From contig CP075496.1 of assembly GCA_021613535.1 (NCBI GenBank), forward strand, positions 2,356,001 through 2,420,000: a stretch of DNA of 64,000 nucleotides, read 5' to 3'. Source of the DNA: Adineta vaga (Eukaryota; Animalia; Rotifera). Under the pieces are notes generated by a model, which saw nothing but the letters and a program-made list of their open reading frames with translations, was not told the DNA's origin and searched no databases. The stretch's first letter is position 1; every line of letters starts with the position of its first letter. The translations under genes and the position numbers were made by a program. This document shows positions 25,164 to 38,690 of the stretch, piece after piece.

Positions 25164-28100
25164 ATGTCAAATTTATTCAGTTATTTTCAACGTATTGAGC
25201 CCAAGAAAATGGCCGCTACAACAGCGGATAATGAAACAATTTCTCAAACGAATAAAACTCCCAAAACTGAAAAAAATGGAGTAACGAAAAAGAATCAAAC
25301 ACCAAAAGAATCTTTGACTTCAGCACGTAAATCAATGAATATGAGTGATGTTTATAGTGCTGATTCACCTAAATCTGAAAAACGAAAACAAACATCATCA
25401 ATAGCAATTGATGATAATGATAATACACCCAAAACTAAAAGTAAGAAATAAAAAATTCGAGAAACACAACAAGATATTTATTCTATAGAACGAAAAACAC
25501 TTAATGCACGAAATGAATCTGAGTGTGAAGATGATGATGATGAGCCACAATTTAAAGTCAGCAAAGTAATAACATATTCATTTGATAGTAACATTGAAAA
25601 TATATATTTTAGAATCAAAATCGAAAACGTATTGCTATTCTCGATAGTGATGATGAAGATGGCATTGAAAATGGTAAAGAAAAGTCTTTATTTTCGAATG
25701 AATAAGAGACAATTATTGAATTGTTAATAGATCATATGGATGTTGATGTAACACCAATAAATAAACGATCGACAAAAAGTGAAATTAAAAAGAAAGGTAA
25801 TAGTTCGACAACAGCAGTATCACGAAAGAAGAAAGCTGAAGAAAGTGATGACGAAGAAGCATTGTATAATGAAGGATCGGATAATGAAAGTGAAGAAAAT
25901 GCAAGTGAAATTGATGAATATGATGATGATGATGATGATGAAGGTGGTAATGATCAAGTATGATTCCATTTGGAGGCTTTTCTTTCTTCTTCTATTGATT
26001 TATTTTTTGAAGGTAAAAACACCAAAACGTCGAACAACAACATTGAATAAAGTGAAAAAACCGGTTAAGCGTATTGATGATAGCAATTTTACGCATCTGT
26101 CTTTAGAATTTCTTAAAGATGGTAAACGACGGTAAGAATGATATGAAGATATTTTCAAATAACAAACTATTGAATACATTTGTATTTTCTATAGAGATGC
26201 AAATCGTCGTCTTCATACGGATCCAAGTATGTTTATTTCGTAATTTCTGATCACTTTGATAAGATTTCGTTTTGCGATATTTTATTTAGATTATGATTCA
26301 CGCACATTGTATGTACCTGATGAATATCTCAATAGTATAACACCAGTAAGTAATATTCTGTTATACGATGAAGTATTTTCTTGATTTTTTAAAGGCTATG
26401 CGTCAATGGTGGACATTAAAAATGGATTATTACGATACTATTCTTTTTTTCAAAGTAATTCTTATCTATTGTTCTATTTAATTTTTAAAACTTTATCTGA
26501 ATTCTTCTAGGTTGGCAAATTCTACGAACTTTGTACGTCATATTTGACAACTCTATCTTCTTAATTTCTCTTTTACAGATAATATGGATGCAATTACTTG
26601 TGTACCGGAATTAAATTTAACTATGATGAAAGGTAAAAACAAACAAATTGAAATCAATTCACTTGTCTATTATTATTGATAATTATAGGTGATTTGGCTC
26701 ATTGTGGTTTTCCTGAAAAAGCATATAGTAAATTTGCTGATATACTCGTTTCAAAAGGTTACAAAGTAGCTCGAGTTGAACAAACAGAAACACCGAATAT
26801 GATGAAAGAACGTCTCGAACAACGTATGTTAGAATATATATCTTCGTATTAATTGACGAACGTTTGTGTTTTGTTTAGAAACAGGAAGAAAGAATAAGTT
26901 TGATAAAACTGTTCGACGCGAAATCTGTCAGATAACAACGCCTGGTACCAAAACATTTAATACATTGGACAATGATAATGTTTTTCGAGAAAGTTTGTTC
27001 TTATTAAGTATCGTCGAAGTAGTAAGTTTTCGAAAATAAATTGCGAATTTAAATGAAATTGTTGTATTCACTTAGCCTATTCCTGATAATAAAATCACAC
27101 CATGCGAATTTGGCGTGTGTTTTGTTGATACAACTATTGCACAATTCTATGTATGTTCTAAATATCTTTCAATCTTTCGAAGAAAGTTTTTGTTTTTTTT
27201 CGAATTAGATTGGTCAATTTGAAGATGATCGATATTTATCACGTTTACAAACTTTACTTGCTCAATTTCCACCAGCACAAGTATGAGTTGAATTGATTAG
27301 TTTGTTTTCTTTTACAAATCAATCAATTTTAGATTTTATGTGAAAAAAATAAAATTTCCGAAAAAACAAAAAAAGTTTTAACATTAACACAAGCTAAAAT
27401 TGAATATTTAACACCAAATAAAGAAATGTATGAAACAACAAAAACATTGGATATTCTTCGAGATGATACATATTTTAAAGATGAAAATGGAGATCTTCAT
27501 TGGCCTGATGCATTTCAACATGTTTTCAACGAAGGTAATTCTTTATATTAGACAAAAAAAAAGAAAGTAAGAATCCAATTGATATGTTTGTTCTTCAGGT
27601 GATAAACAAGGTTTACATGTTCGTTCAACATATCAAATATCCATGCGTGCATTAGGTGGTATTATGTGGTAAGATGATTATTCAAAAAGAAACCGTTATT
27701 CTCTATCTTTTATGTAGGTATTTACAACATTGTCTTGTTGATAAAGAACTTTTATCTATGCGTAAATTTTCTATCTTTCAACCACCTGATGAAAATATTG
27801 AACTTAAAGAAGCATCAACATTTAAACAACAAAATATGGTACTCGATGCAACAACATTGTACAATTTAGAAATTTTATCCAATAGTCGAGGTGGAAAAGA
27901 AGGTTCATTATTATATACATGTGATCGATGTTCAACTCATTTCGGTAAACGTCTTTTGGCTCGATGGTTATCTGCACCATTATGTAATGTCAATGAAATC
28001 AATGAACGATTAAATGCAATTGATATCTTACGAGAAAAAAGCGATCTTTGCACAAAAGTTCGAGAAAAACTTAAAACAATACCTGATCTTGAACGACTTT

Positions 28101-29985
28101 TCTGTCGTATTCATTCACTTGGCCATCGTCCACTTGATCTTGATCATCCAGAAAATCGCGCCATCCTTTACGAAGATATTACTTATAGTAAACGAAAGAT
28201 TCAAGATTTTCTTTCTGCACTTACTGGCTTAAAAGTAGCAAATGAAGTTGTTGAACTCTTTTCAAAACATTCCGATATATCTCAATCATCAATTTTACTT
28301 GAAAAAATCATCTATCGAGGTGATGACAATTTTCCCGATTTGGATGAAATTTTAAATTACTATGCAAATGCATTTTCACCTGCTCAAGCACGTAATGAAG
28401 GAAAAATTATTCCATCGGCTGGTGTTTGTAAACCATATGATGATTCATTGAATGAAATACGTAATAATGAAAAGGAATTAAATGAATATTTAAATAAACA
28501 AAAGAAAATTTTAAAAAATCATGATATGAAATATGTTCATGTACAAAAGATTCGTTATGCAATGGAAATACCAGAAAATGCTTGTCGAAATTTAGATGAT
28601 GATTATGAATTAATGAGTTCACGAAAAGGTTTTAAACGGTAAAGATATTTCTCTTCGATTCATTGTGTTCTTTATCTTTCTTTTTTTTTTGTTAGATATT
28701 ATACCAGTGAACTACGTGAATTAATTGAAGCATTAACTGAAAGTGAAAAGAAGAAAGAATTAGCATTGAAAGATACAACAAGTAGTTTGTTTCGACATTT
28801 CGATAGTCATCATGATACATTTCAACGTGTACTTAACTGTTTAAGTACACTTGATGTATTACTTAGCTTCGTTGCCTACAGTCAATCCTATTCGGATATG
28901 TGTCGACCGGCTGTTCTTTCCACGGAAAATGATCAACAATCATTTATCAATATTCAAAATGGTAAACATCCATGTATGCTTCAAAAATCGACAGATTCAT
29001 TCATTCCAAATGATATTATACTTGCTGACAAGGTTAAATTGATATTTTGTTTTTGTATCGTTTTGTAAACGATTCATTTTTCTTAGTCATCAAAGGAAAT
29101 TTGGCAAACAAAACCATTGGTATTAGTCACTGGTCCAAATATGGGTGGTAAATCGACATTAATGAGAGAAACAGCTGTTCTAGCAATATTAGCTCATGTG
29201 GTATGGGAGTAATTTGATGAAAGAAAATACCCATTTTTTTTTCCTTCAGGGAAGTTATGTTCCAGCAACGTCATGTAAAATGAGTGTTTGTGATCGAATC
29301 TTTACACGTTTAGGTGCAAGTGATCGAATCATGGCTGGTGAATCAACATTCTTTATTGAATTAAGTGAAGCATCATCGATTTTACGTCATGCTACTCGTC
29401 ATTCTTTAGTTCTTATTGATGAACTTGGTAAAAACAAGAGTTTATTTCATTCAATTCTTCGATTTATTTCCTATTTCTTTACATATTAGGACGAGGAACA
29501 GCAACATTTGATGGAACAGCAATTGCTTGTTCTGTTGTTAATGATCTTGCCAATCGTATTCAATGTCGAACGTTATTCAGTACACATTATCATACATTAG
29601 TCGATGATTTTGAAAAACATGAAAATGTCGGATTAGGACATATGTCATGTATGATTGAAAACGATGAAGAAACGCCCAGTAAACAAACACTTGTCTTTCT
29701 TTACAAATTTGTCGAAGGTTCATGTCCAAAAAGTCATGGATTTAATGCTGCACGTAAGTTAAAATTCTTCATTTCAATATTGAATTCATATGAATATGAT
29801 TTTGATATATAAAAACAGGTTTGGCTAATATACCTGAATCCATTGTTGAATTAGCACAAACAAAAGCTTTAGCATTTGAACGTTGGGTAACATTAAAACG
29901 TACTTTATTTACTTTAAAAAAAGCTACTGATCAATCTCAATCACAAGATATTCTTCAAATCATATCACAATTGAAACTTAATTAA
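25164..29985 (+). CDS. MSH6: DNA mismatch repair protein MSH6 (no PWWP domain)
   Basis: N-terminal PIP-like MSNLFSYF and acidic linker; [107 protein letters not shown]. Stop TAA at 29983-29985. Confidence 0.97.
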
Positions 29986-30710
29986 CTATTGTTATGTTTG
30001 TTCTTTTTTTTCTTAGAGAAAATTTCTTTTGGATTAAATCTATGTACATGAGTGAGAACAAAAACCAAAAATATATATTTGACAAATAATTTTGAGAATT
30101 TATCTGTGTTATTATCATTTCAAAAGTAAAAATAGATCCCTTCTTTATTATTTTTTTCTTTATCAGTTATTTATTATGTTTTTTTTTGTATTGTAAAATA
30201 ATTAATCAAGGCCATTTTTTTGTTGATAATGAAAGAACATGAAGAAAGACAAAAGAAGATGAATTTTGCTTTTTTCTTTCCGTTTCTGTTTATCAGCTGA
30301 TAATGATTCACATTCGATGAATGAGTAGAATACAAAGAACATTGCAGCTAATGTTGCGTCCTCTAGCGTAGTTCTACTAGAAAGAAAATGCTGAATACAA
30401 GTAAAGTACACATGCTACTTTTCTCTTTCTTTTTCAACCAATGTTTTTTCATGAAAAATGTATGCTGACTCGTCAACTATATATATATATATATGTGTGT
30501 GAGTAAGAGAATCATGACACATAAATATATACTGTTACTTTTAAAATATGTTTTTTATCTACGTATGTTGATAATGAAACAGCGTATATAAATTCATTTC
30601 ATTTTTGTTTTTGTTTCTTTTGAATTTTAAAAAGAATTAGATGATGATCATTGTTTTTTTTTCTTCTTCTTCAGATTATTTCATTTATTTTCAATTGATA
30701 ACTAACGATA

Positions 30711-31610
30711 ATGGCATTACGGAAGAAAGTTTTACTTAAAGTAATCATCTTAGGTGATTCCGGTGTTGGAAAAACTTCATTGATGAATCAATTTGTTAAT
30801 CGCAAAGTAGAATATTTCCCATTTTCTATTCAATACATTTGTTTATTTAAATAGTTTTCAAATCAATATAAAGCAACGATAGGTGCCGATTTTTTGACCA
30901 AAGAAATGCAGATTGATGATCGATTGGTTACTATGCAGGTATTTAAATCTTTTTTTTGCGTAAATATATCTGTTGATTTTGTTTTTCTTCTTATCTTAGA
31001 TTTGGGATACAGCTGGTCAAGAACGTTTTCAAAGTTTAGGTGTTGCTTTTTATCGTGGTGCTGATTGTTGTGTACTTGTTATGGATGTTACTTCACCTTC
31101 ATCATTCAAATCATTAGAAAGTTGGAAAGATGAATTTCTTATTCAAGCTGGACCACGTGATCCAGAAAATTTTCCTTTTGTTGTTAGTATTTTAATAAAT
31201 ACTATGAAAGACATTTCATTCATTATTATTCTATATTTAGGTTCTTGGTAATAAAGCTGATTTAGAAAATCGAGCCGTAAGATATTATTAAATATATTCC
31301 ATTGATTGAATTTTGTTTTATTCTTTAGATTCAAGCACGTAAAGCACAAAGTTGGTGTCAAGGTATGAAAATTGAAAAATAAAATTTCTGTAATTGACTT
31401 TTTTCATTTCTTTCTTTTTTAGAAAAAAATAATATTCCTTATTTTGAAACTTCAGCTAAAGAAGGTCTTAATGTTGAAAAAGCCTTTGAAACTGTTGCAC
31501 GTAATGCATTAGCTCGTGAAAAAGAAATTGATCAACAAGCTGATTTTCCAATCCCAATACGTATTCCACAACAAGAAGAACAACCAAAGAAAACTGGATG
31601 TTCATGTTAA
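30711..31610 (+). CDS. RAB7: Ras-related GTPase Rab7
   Basis: [74 protein letters not shown], and a C-terminal CSC prenylation motif. Confidence 0.98.
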
Positions 31611-32768
31611 TATCATCAATCTAATCTTCTGCTCTTTGTTTCTTTCTTTTCTGTATATAAATACAATACAAAATCAAGCTACCTCGGTATTTCTTCTAAC
31701 TTAAATAAACAAAAACTAAATCATCAATATCTTGTCTATTTGCTTTTATTATCACGTTGATTTTCGTCTATGGACTTACCTATTGCAATTATATTGGTTT
31801 CGTTCTTTTCATGTATAACATTTTTTTTTGTAATAACAGCTTTATTGAAATAAACAACAACTTCGATTCATCTTTTGAAATAAATTTCATTCGATTATTA
31901 GGCACTATTTGACAGCAAAGATTTCTGAGTAAACATTTTAGGATAAAAGCTAAACTTGTTTCTTTTTTATGTCAAGTTCAAAGAGCGAACGTCGTCATTA
32001 GATAAGGAAATCCTTCCTTCTCTAAAAAAAAAGTGATAAGACGTCATTTGTATTGTCATTTTGTAAGAGTTAAAGAACAAAGATGTTACATATTAAAGTT
32101 CGATATTTATCTTTCGAAAATGTTCGTAATTATCAATGTTGAATCATATTTTCTATTGATAATGACAAGAAATAAACATTGAAATTAATTTGGTATAAAA
32201 ATAGTTTTATCCTATGGAAAAAAAGAATATAAATAAGTTCTATTTTTATACTCATCAGAATTAAAAATAAATTATCTTTCAAATCCAGTTTGAAAATAAT
32301 TTTTTCCTTTCTCGTCAAATATTAATGTCTTCTATTTGACAACAAACTAATGAGTTGCATCTCCAGGTAATAAGATATTAGTCCTTTTTATAAGTGAGGA
32401 AAATATTGAGTACTATTGCCGAGATGAATAGAAATTTAGACATTTAAATTAGATCTTGTTATGTCAAACTTAATATTTGGTTTAAGTATTCTGGATAATA
32501 TAAGTTAGATAAGTATTTTCTGATCAATTTCAAGTAAAAGACATATCTATCAAAATCTTGATTTATCGTTATGTAATTACAATAGTTCTTATAAAATTAG
32601 ATTCTTTGCTTGAAATAGAATTATTTCATAATTTCACAAATTCTTACAAGATATTTATAATAATGATGCTGAAGATTGTCTAATAGAATTGTTTGCAATG
32701 ATAACTGATACATATTTTCATTTATTTATATCACACTAAGAAAAACATATCTTCAAACATTATAAAAC

Positions 32769-34149
32769 TCATAATGGATGCCATTTCTCATCCAATGATA
32801 TCACCGTATTTGGATCTTGTTTTCGTAATACTTGTACTAATCGACAAACATTCGATGAAAATGTACATACAACATGCTTTACTCGTGACAAGATCTCGAG
32901 TTCACTTAGAAGAACATATGTTAATTCCAGTTGAACATGTTTTGGTAAATGATCAAATATGCTTTGTTCATGGCCGTGCATTTCAATTGTTTTTGCAGAT
33001 AGTTTGACGAATTTCCATTCAGGTTTCAATCGTTGAAGTTCATTGATGATATTTGATTCATCACTGGCAACAAATATTCGATATGTAGAACCTATGTATA
33101 AGTATAAGATATTTTTCAGTTCGATGGAACAAAAATTCCTACGTTTCTGTGTATCTCTCTGGATCAATTTTTCCATTGCATTGATATATGTTTTTGTTTT
33201 AATTATATTTGCTTCTGTTACTTTGTCGCCTCGACGAATATGCATAGCATAAGAAATATCATCAGCTTTCACATCATCTAAATAGCTTTGAATAATATCT
33301 TTTGTTTTCACATTCATTGTTTTCCATAGATAATTAGCAGCCAATCGTTTTATTTCGAGTATTTCGTCACTAGTTTCCCAAGATTTCATGATCGAACGCA
33401 TTTTTCGATAATCAACGCTAGTGTCACGAGTGATTTCAAAATGTTCTGGAACAGGTTGACTTTTGTTTGATTCATACGAAAGAAGATAAACGAATTCTCG
33501 TTGCCAACAATATGAAGATGAGGGTAACCATGGTGAAAAATAACCTTGAGAAAGATTGAAATATGTTGATATTGATCCGTAATTCCAAGAATCACCATCA
33601 ATGAGAAATTTGCGACGAATTTGTATTGCATAAATGAATATTCGTAGAAGATTATTTATTTCAGATGCAAAACCTGCCGACCAATGTAATCGAAATAAGA
33701 GGGTTTGATTGTGAATTTGTTGACATGCATGAATATTTTCTAATGAACATTGTTCAATATTGAATGAATCGTTGATGTTTTGATTTTCAAGATAATCTGA
33801 AGGACGTTGCGTGGAGAACAATAAGCACCAATAATAGTTGAATAATAATAGGGCTTTTTATCCTTTGTTGTAAATAACAAATCAAAATGATACAGAAAAG
33901 AAAGAATGACAACGATGCATACGAGGATTGTGAAGGAACTATAAAACAAAATAGAAACATGAGTATGTTGATATCCCAAAGGAAAAATTAATTATAAATA
34001 GAGTATGAATATCAAGATAATCATTTAACGATAGTTAATCAAATAATAAAGAATTGGAATATTTTAAATAAATTCAATGAAAGAAAGATATTTCAAGAAA
34101 TATTTTCTTACTATAAGCATAAACGTTTACATCTTGCTATTGATACCAT
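32769..34149 (-). CDS. Alpha-1,6-fucosyltransferase-like (GT23/FUT8-like, no SH3) type II membrane protein, with a 1-nt frame break near 33850
   Basis: Exon 1 (MVSIARCKRLCL, ATG 34149) splices to a TM segment (SFTILVCIVVILSFLY). The catalytic ORF 32769..33821 has AGFASEINN, MHIRRGDKVTEA, IFVASDE, VCTFSSNVCRL and ISLDEKW. A 51-nt in-frame intron spans 33142-33092. TM and catalytic parts are in different frames. Confidence 0.85.
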
Positions 34150-34926
34150 GCTGATCGTGAGATTGATTACCAGTACTATTTTTCGTTTTTTTTCGACTTT
34201 TGTCTATTGAGACATCTAAAACAATAGTACGTGATCTGATGAAAAGAAGATAGCTACAAGTGCCAATCAATGACGAATGCACTGCGGATGGCGACATCTG
34301 AACTTTTTAAACAGGCGTGAGAAGAAAATACCAAAGAAACATTTCTTATTACATATTTAACAAAACTGTGTGTACTTAGTTTTTGATTTAAGTGAGTTTC
34401 TCATGGTCGATGGCGTTACAACAGACATCTAATTTGACAGTAACACAACTGAAATAATATTTCGTTTCATAGAATCGTGAATAACTTGTTAGTTCTTCTT
34501 GATAGAAAAGAAATAAAATTAGGACTATTCTAAATGAATGGTTTTCTTTATTTCTTGAAAATTTCAGATTTGAATTTAGAGTTTCACTCCGTCCGTCATC
34601 AAGTGCATTTTTATTTTCGTCAGATAAGCGACTACAAAGACAAACGAACAGACACATTAAATTACACGATTTTTCGATTTATATTTTCTTATTATATAAT
34701 TGTGTTATTTCTCGAACGTTTAATTCGTTTATTAAACTTTTTTCTTCCATCTCATTCATTCGCACAGTTAGAAGAAAAAAAAGTCAAGTAAATTCTGCTG
34801 ATTTATTGAATGATGTTCAAATTTTGCAACGAAATTTATTAAGTATCTTTACAAATGAAAAAAGAAGCACAGCAACGAACAAAAAAATAGGATGAAGTAA
34901 ACATATACTGTTAACTGTTTGTCTAT

Positions 34927-36107
34927 TTATAAGATTGAATTGAAATTAATATTGCTTGATGCTGATGAAGATGATGAGTTGGATGATATTGTTTGTTCAT
35001 CTAAATGTGTTTTTTTATGTAATTTTAAATGAACAAGTTGTGTAAAACGTGCTGAACATGAATGATTTGGACATAAATACGGTTTATCTCCTGTATGTAA
35101 ACGTAGATGAGTTTTAAGATTTGATGTTGAAGAAAATCTTTTTGGACAATATGGACATGAATGTGGACGTTCACCTTTAAAAAATGTTTAATAGAAGAAA
35201 AAACAACAACATCCTGTTTCTTATTTACCTGAATGAACGAGAGTATGCTTTTGAAGATGAGCAAATTGTGTAAATGATTTCGGACATTGTGTACAAATAA
35301 ATGGTCGTTCATTAGTATGAGTTCGTAAATGAACTTTTAGATTCGATAATTGACTGAAGGTTTTATGACATTGAACACATTCATATATAATTTTTCCATT
35401 TTCTTTTCTTAGAGGATATGGTAAAGATTTATGGCCACGACCATGAACAACAGTAGTACTGATGGTTGTCGTTGTTGTTGTTGTCGATGAGGATGACGAT
35501 GATACTGTTATCGATGGTTTTGAAGAGGAGTTTTCACCTAAAATTCTTTCGATGGAAAAATTTAATTGTGTTGAATGATTTGTATTGGAAGGTTTTGAAC
35601 AAGGTTTGTCAGCAACTGTAAATTAAAACACAATATGAAAAGTATTATTGATTTGTCTATTACCTATAGATTGCAGTGTTTTTTTCTGTTGATGAAATAT
35701 AGGATTTGATGTTGAATGATTTCGTTCATCATGAGTTTTTGATGAACTATTAGAAGAGATTGTTTGAAGAGAATATGGGAAAAGAAATGGTAACTAAAAT
35801 AGAACAAGAGCCACTGTATATACAAGAATAGTTCTAATTCAAATAGAGACTTACACGTAAATCTCGATGACCCGCAAATTGTTGAAATGGCCAATAAATC
35901 TGTGATTGCTAGAAAGTATTCATAAATGATTTGTTAAAAGAAAAAGAATCAAAGAAAACGTTTCTTTCTTACTTTTTGTTCGAAATATCGTTCAGTTGAT
36001 TGTGGTATAGTCATTCTATGAAAGATTTCATGTGGAGGTAATATTGTTCCATCATGAGTTTTAATTGAAGGAATATGACAATATGGATATTGTTTATTTC
36101 GAATCAT
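34927..36107 (-). CDS. Blimp-1/PRDM1-family C2H2 zinc-finger repressor, 4 fingers, no PR/SET domain seen
   Basis: [68 protein letters not shown] and [16 protein letters not shown] match the Blimp-1 finger array. An eh1-like FSIERILG lies upstream. The start at 36107 is tentative because it directly follows an acceptor. Confidence 0.85.
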
Positions 36108-37536
36108 ATCTATATGAAGAACCAATCACTTTTTTTGTCAATGATTTTCATTAAACTTACTCTTTTTTGTCTCACTTTTCATCATGATGAGAAATTTTCA
36201 AGCAAAATTATCGCTGGAATTACTTGCGAGAAAAGAAAGTTAATTATTTGTTTGAAGAAGAACAAGACGAGAAAGAGAAAAAAAGCTCTTTTCATCCAAT
36301 CAATTTTCTCTCCGAGAATATCTTTTCTCTCCTATTTCTTTCATAGAATAAACCAATGAGAATAAAAGCAATCAATCTCTCGATGAAAGATATTTCATAC
36401 GTTGACTGGTCTACTCTATTTTTAAAGTAAACATTCTAACATATATATATATGTATATATAAACATATGAATGTCGATAATTGCCTGAGTTAAAAGAATT
36501 GATTCAAAGTCTGTATTATCAGGTATTTCGATTACATGAATACAATAGTAGACCATAATCAAAAGAAGAAAGATTTTATATATCAATGTTTTTTTATGAT
36601 CATATACAAGTATAATCGATTTAAATATAATAATAACATGTACAAATTGTATACACTTGAAATTTTATCAATAGACAATATGTTCAGATAAAAAAAAGAA
36701 AAAGAAAGAAATGTGGTTGTTGTTGTGTATATGTAGATATTTTAAAATCCATTGAGGCGAAGTTGAAATCTCTAATCGTGAGTGTCATTTTTCTGTTTTG
36801 ATGAGAAAAAGAAGAAGAAGAGATCTGAGAAAATTTAATTTGTGGGTAGAGCAATGGGAGAACTGTCATTTGATTGAATAGATTCATTGTATTTGTATTG
36901 GTCTCTTGTTAAATCAAGCTTGAACATAATTCGTTTGTCTTCACGTCGTAAGTTAATCAGTGTCAAATGGTGTAATCATCGACTTTCTTCTTTAATTCAC
37001 TCAGTGAAATATGAGAACAATAAACTAAAGCAAATCGTTTGAACAGAAATATAGGGTGGAGTCATGTCGCCGTCTTTTCAGTTGATAAGAAAAAGAAAAG
37101 AACGACGATGGAGACGTATGAAGTGCTGTCAACTGGCATTTTAGTTTTTGTTATTGATAAGAAATGACTCTTTGTCTTCTTGTCACCCTGTTGTGCATAT
37201 TTTCATTCTTTTCTTCTTTCTTAATCATCAAGATAATTAAAGAGATTCGAAGTTACCTTTATCAATTTCTCTATCAATGAACAAAAAAAAGAAGGTGTAG
37301 AGATAATGAAATGTATTGGAAAGAGAAAAATTCATTTTGACATGCAAAATATCAAAAATCAATTTTCTATTAACGAAAAGAAAATACTAGGGAAACAAAA
37401 TAAATAATTATATATATATATATATATACAAATAAAGATTTTTCCATCAATCAGAAAAGACGTGTTGATAGATGCAATAAAAGGTATCACTGACATAAAA
37501 TAGAAATGTCTATATTTCTCTTTGTTTTCTTTTCAT

Positions 37537-38420
37537 TTAAACTCGTACAGATGTTGTTGGTGGTATTGTTGTATAATGATGATAATTTTCTCGACATTGA
37601 TGTTCATGATGAATTAATTGTGTTCGATCACCATGAGTTTTCTTTTGACAAAGTGTACAATGTGTTAATTCATCAAAAAATGGATCCGTATGAAATGATG
37701 GTTGCATAAAAACAATATTCTGTTGTTCATAAGTATCAATTAATTCGTTGAGAAGCCAATCATTCGGCATTGTAGAATGAATAACAGGTATATTTGTTGA
37801 AAAACGTTTCGATGATGTACGTTTCGAACGACCTTTGGATATTGGACGAAATAGACGATCATTATTAACATAAATTGGTGAAGATGTACGAGTTCGACGA
37901 TGACTTTGAGGATCATTATTCATTGTATTAAAGATTTGAGCATAAAGATTACGATAACTTGGAGAATTCATCATTTTCGCCGTAAAATCGGAATCTTGAA
38001 AATATTGAATATCATTGATAATTTCAAATGGATCAACAGGAGCGGACATAAATTGATCAAATGTATGAAGATTGAATTGATCTAGAATTGAAGGGAAAAG
38101 AATATCAAGGTTCTTTTTCACATTAAATAGTTGAGTTTCATCTTACCTCCACCAACTGTTGAATGAGCGTAAGTAAAGTTAGAAGGTCCATCAAACCACG
38201 AATTCGGTCGCTGTTGTTGTTGTTGTTGATCATATTCTCGTCGTTGATTGTCATCAATTAAAATATCATAAGCTTGTTTGATTTTTTTAAATTTGTCTTC
38301 TGCTTCTTTCGCTTTATTTCGATCTGGATGCCAAAGAAGTGCTAATCGTTTATAAGCTGCACGAATTTCTGTCGAATTTGCATGTCGATGAATGCCTAAT
38401 TCTTTATAATAATCCGGCAT
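37537..38420 (-). CDS. J-domain (DnaJ/Hsp40) protein with divergent C-terminus, 2 exons
   Basis: MPDYYKELG...YKRLALLWHPDRNK...KFKKIKQAYDIL. The intron (~38145-38083) joins ORF 37537..38121. The C-terminus has CTLC-x13-HEHQC. Confidence 0.85.
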
Positions 38421-38615
38421 AGTTGAATGAGAAACCCTGATTTAATTTGCAATAGACACCGAGTCTGACGCTTCCTCCTTTCTCTTTTTTTTCTCTATAA
38501 TACTGAAAGAATAATGACAACGAAGAAAAATATTATACCCTATGTCCTTCTAGTCAGCAACCTAATGAGTAGAGCAACAGTGATATGGTATGCTCTTGCC
38601 TACTGATGAACATGA

Positions 38616-38690
38616 ATATATATATATATGTATATGTATATGTATATGTATACCTATATATACCTATACCTATGTATAGATGTACATATG
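38616..38690. repeat. Compound (TA)n/(TATATG)n/(TATACC)n microsatellite
   Basis: Directly visible periodic TA-rich run between the divergent J-domain and MCM7 genes. Confidence 0.7.

Noticed and set aside
1590-33870. Programmed -1 ribosomal frameshifting as a common explanation for the three frame breaks
   Set aside because: No shared X-XXY-YYZ slippery heptamer or downstream structure at the sites; consensus error or null alleles are simpler.
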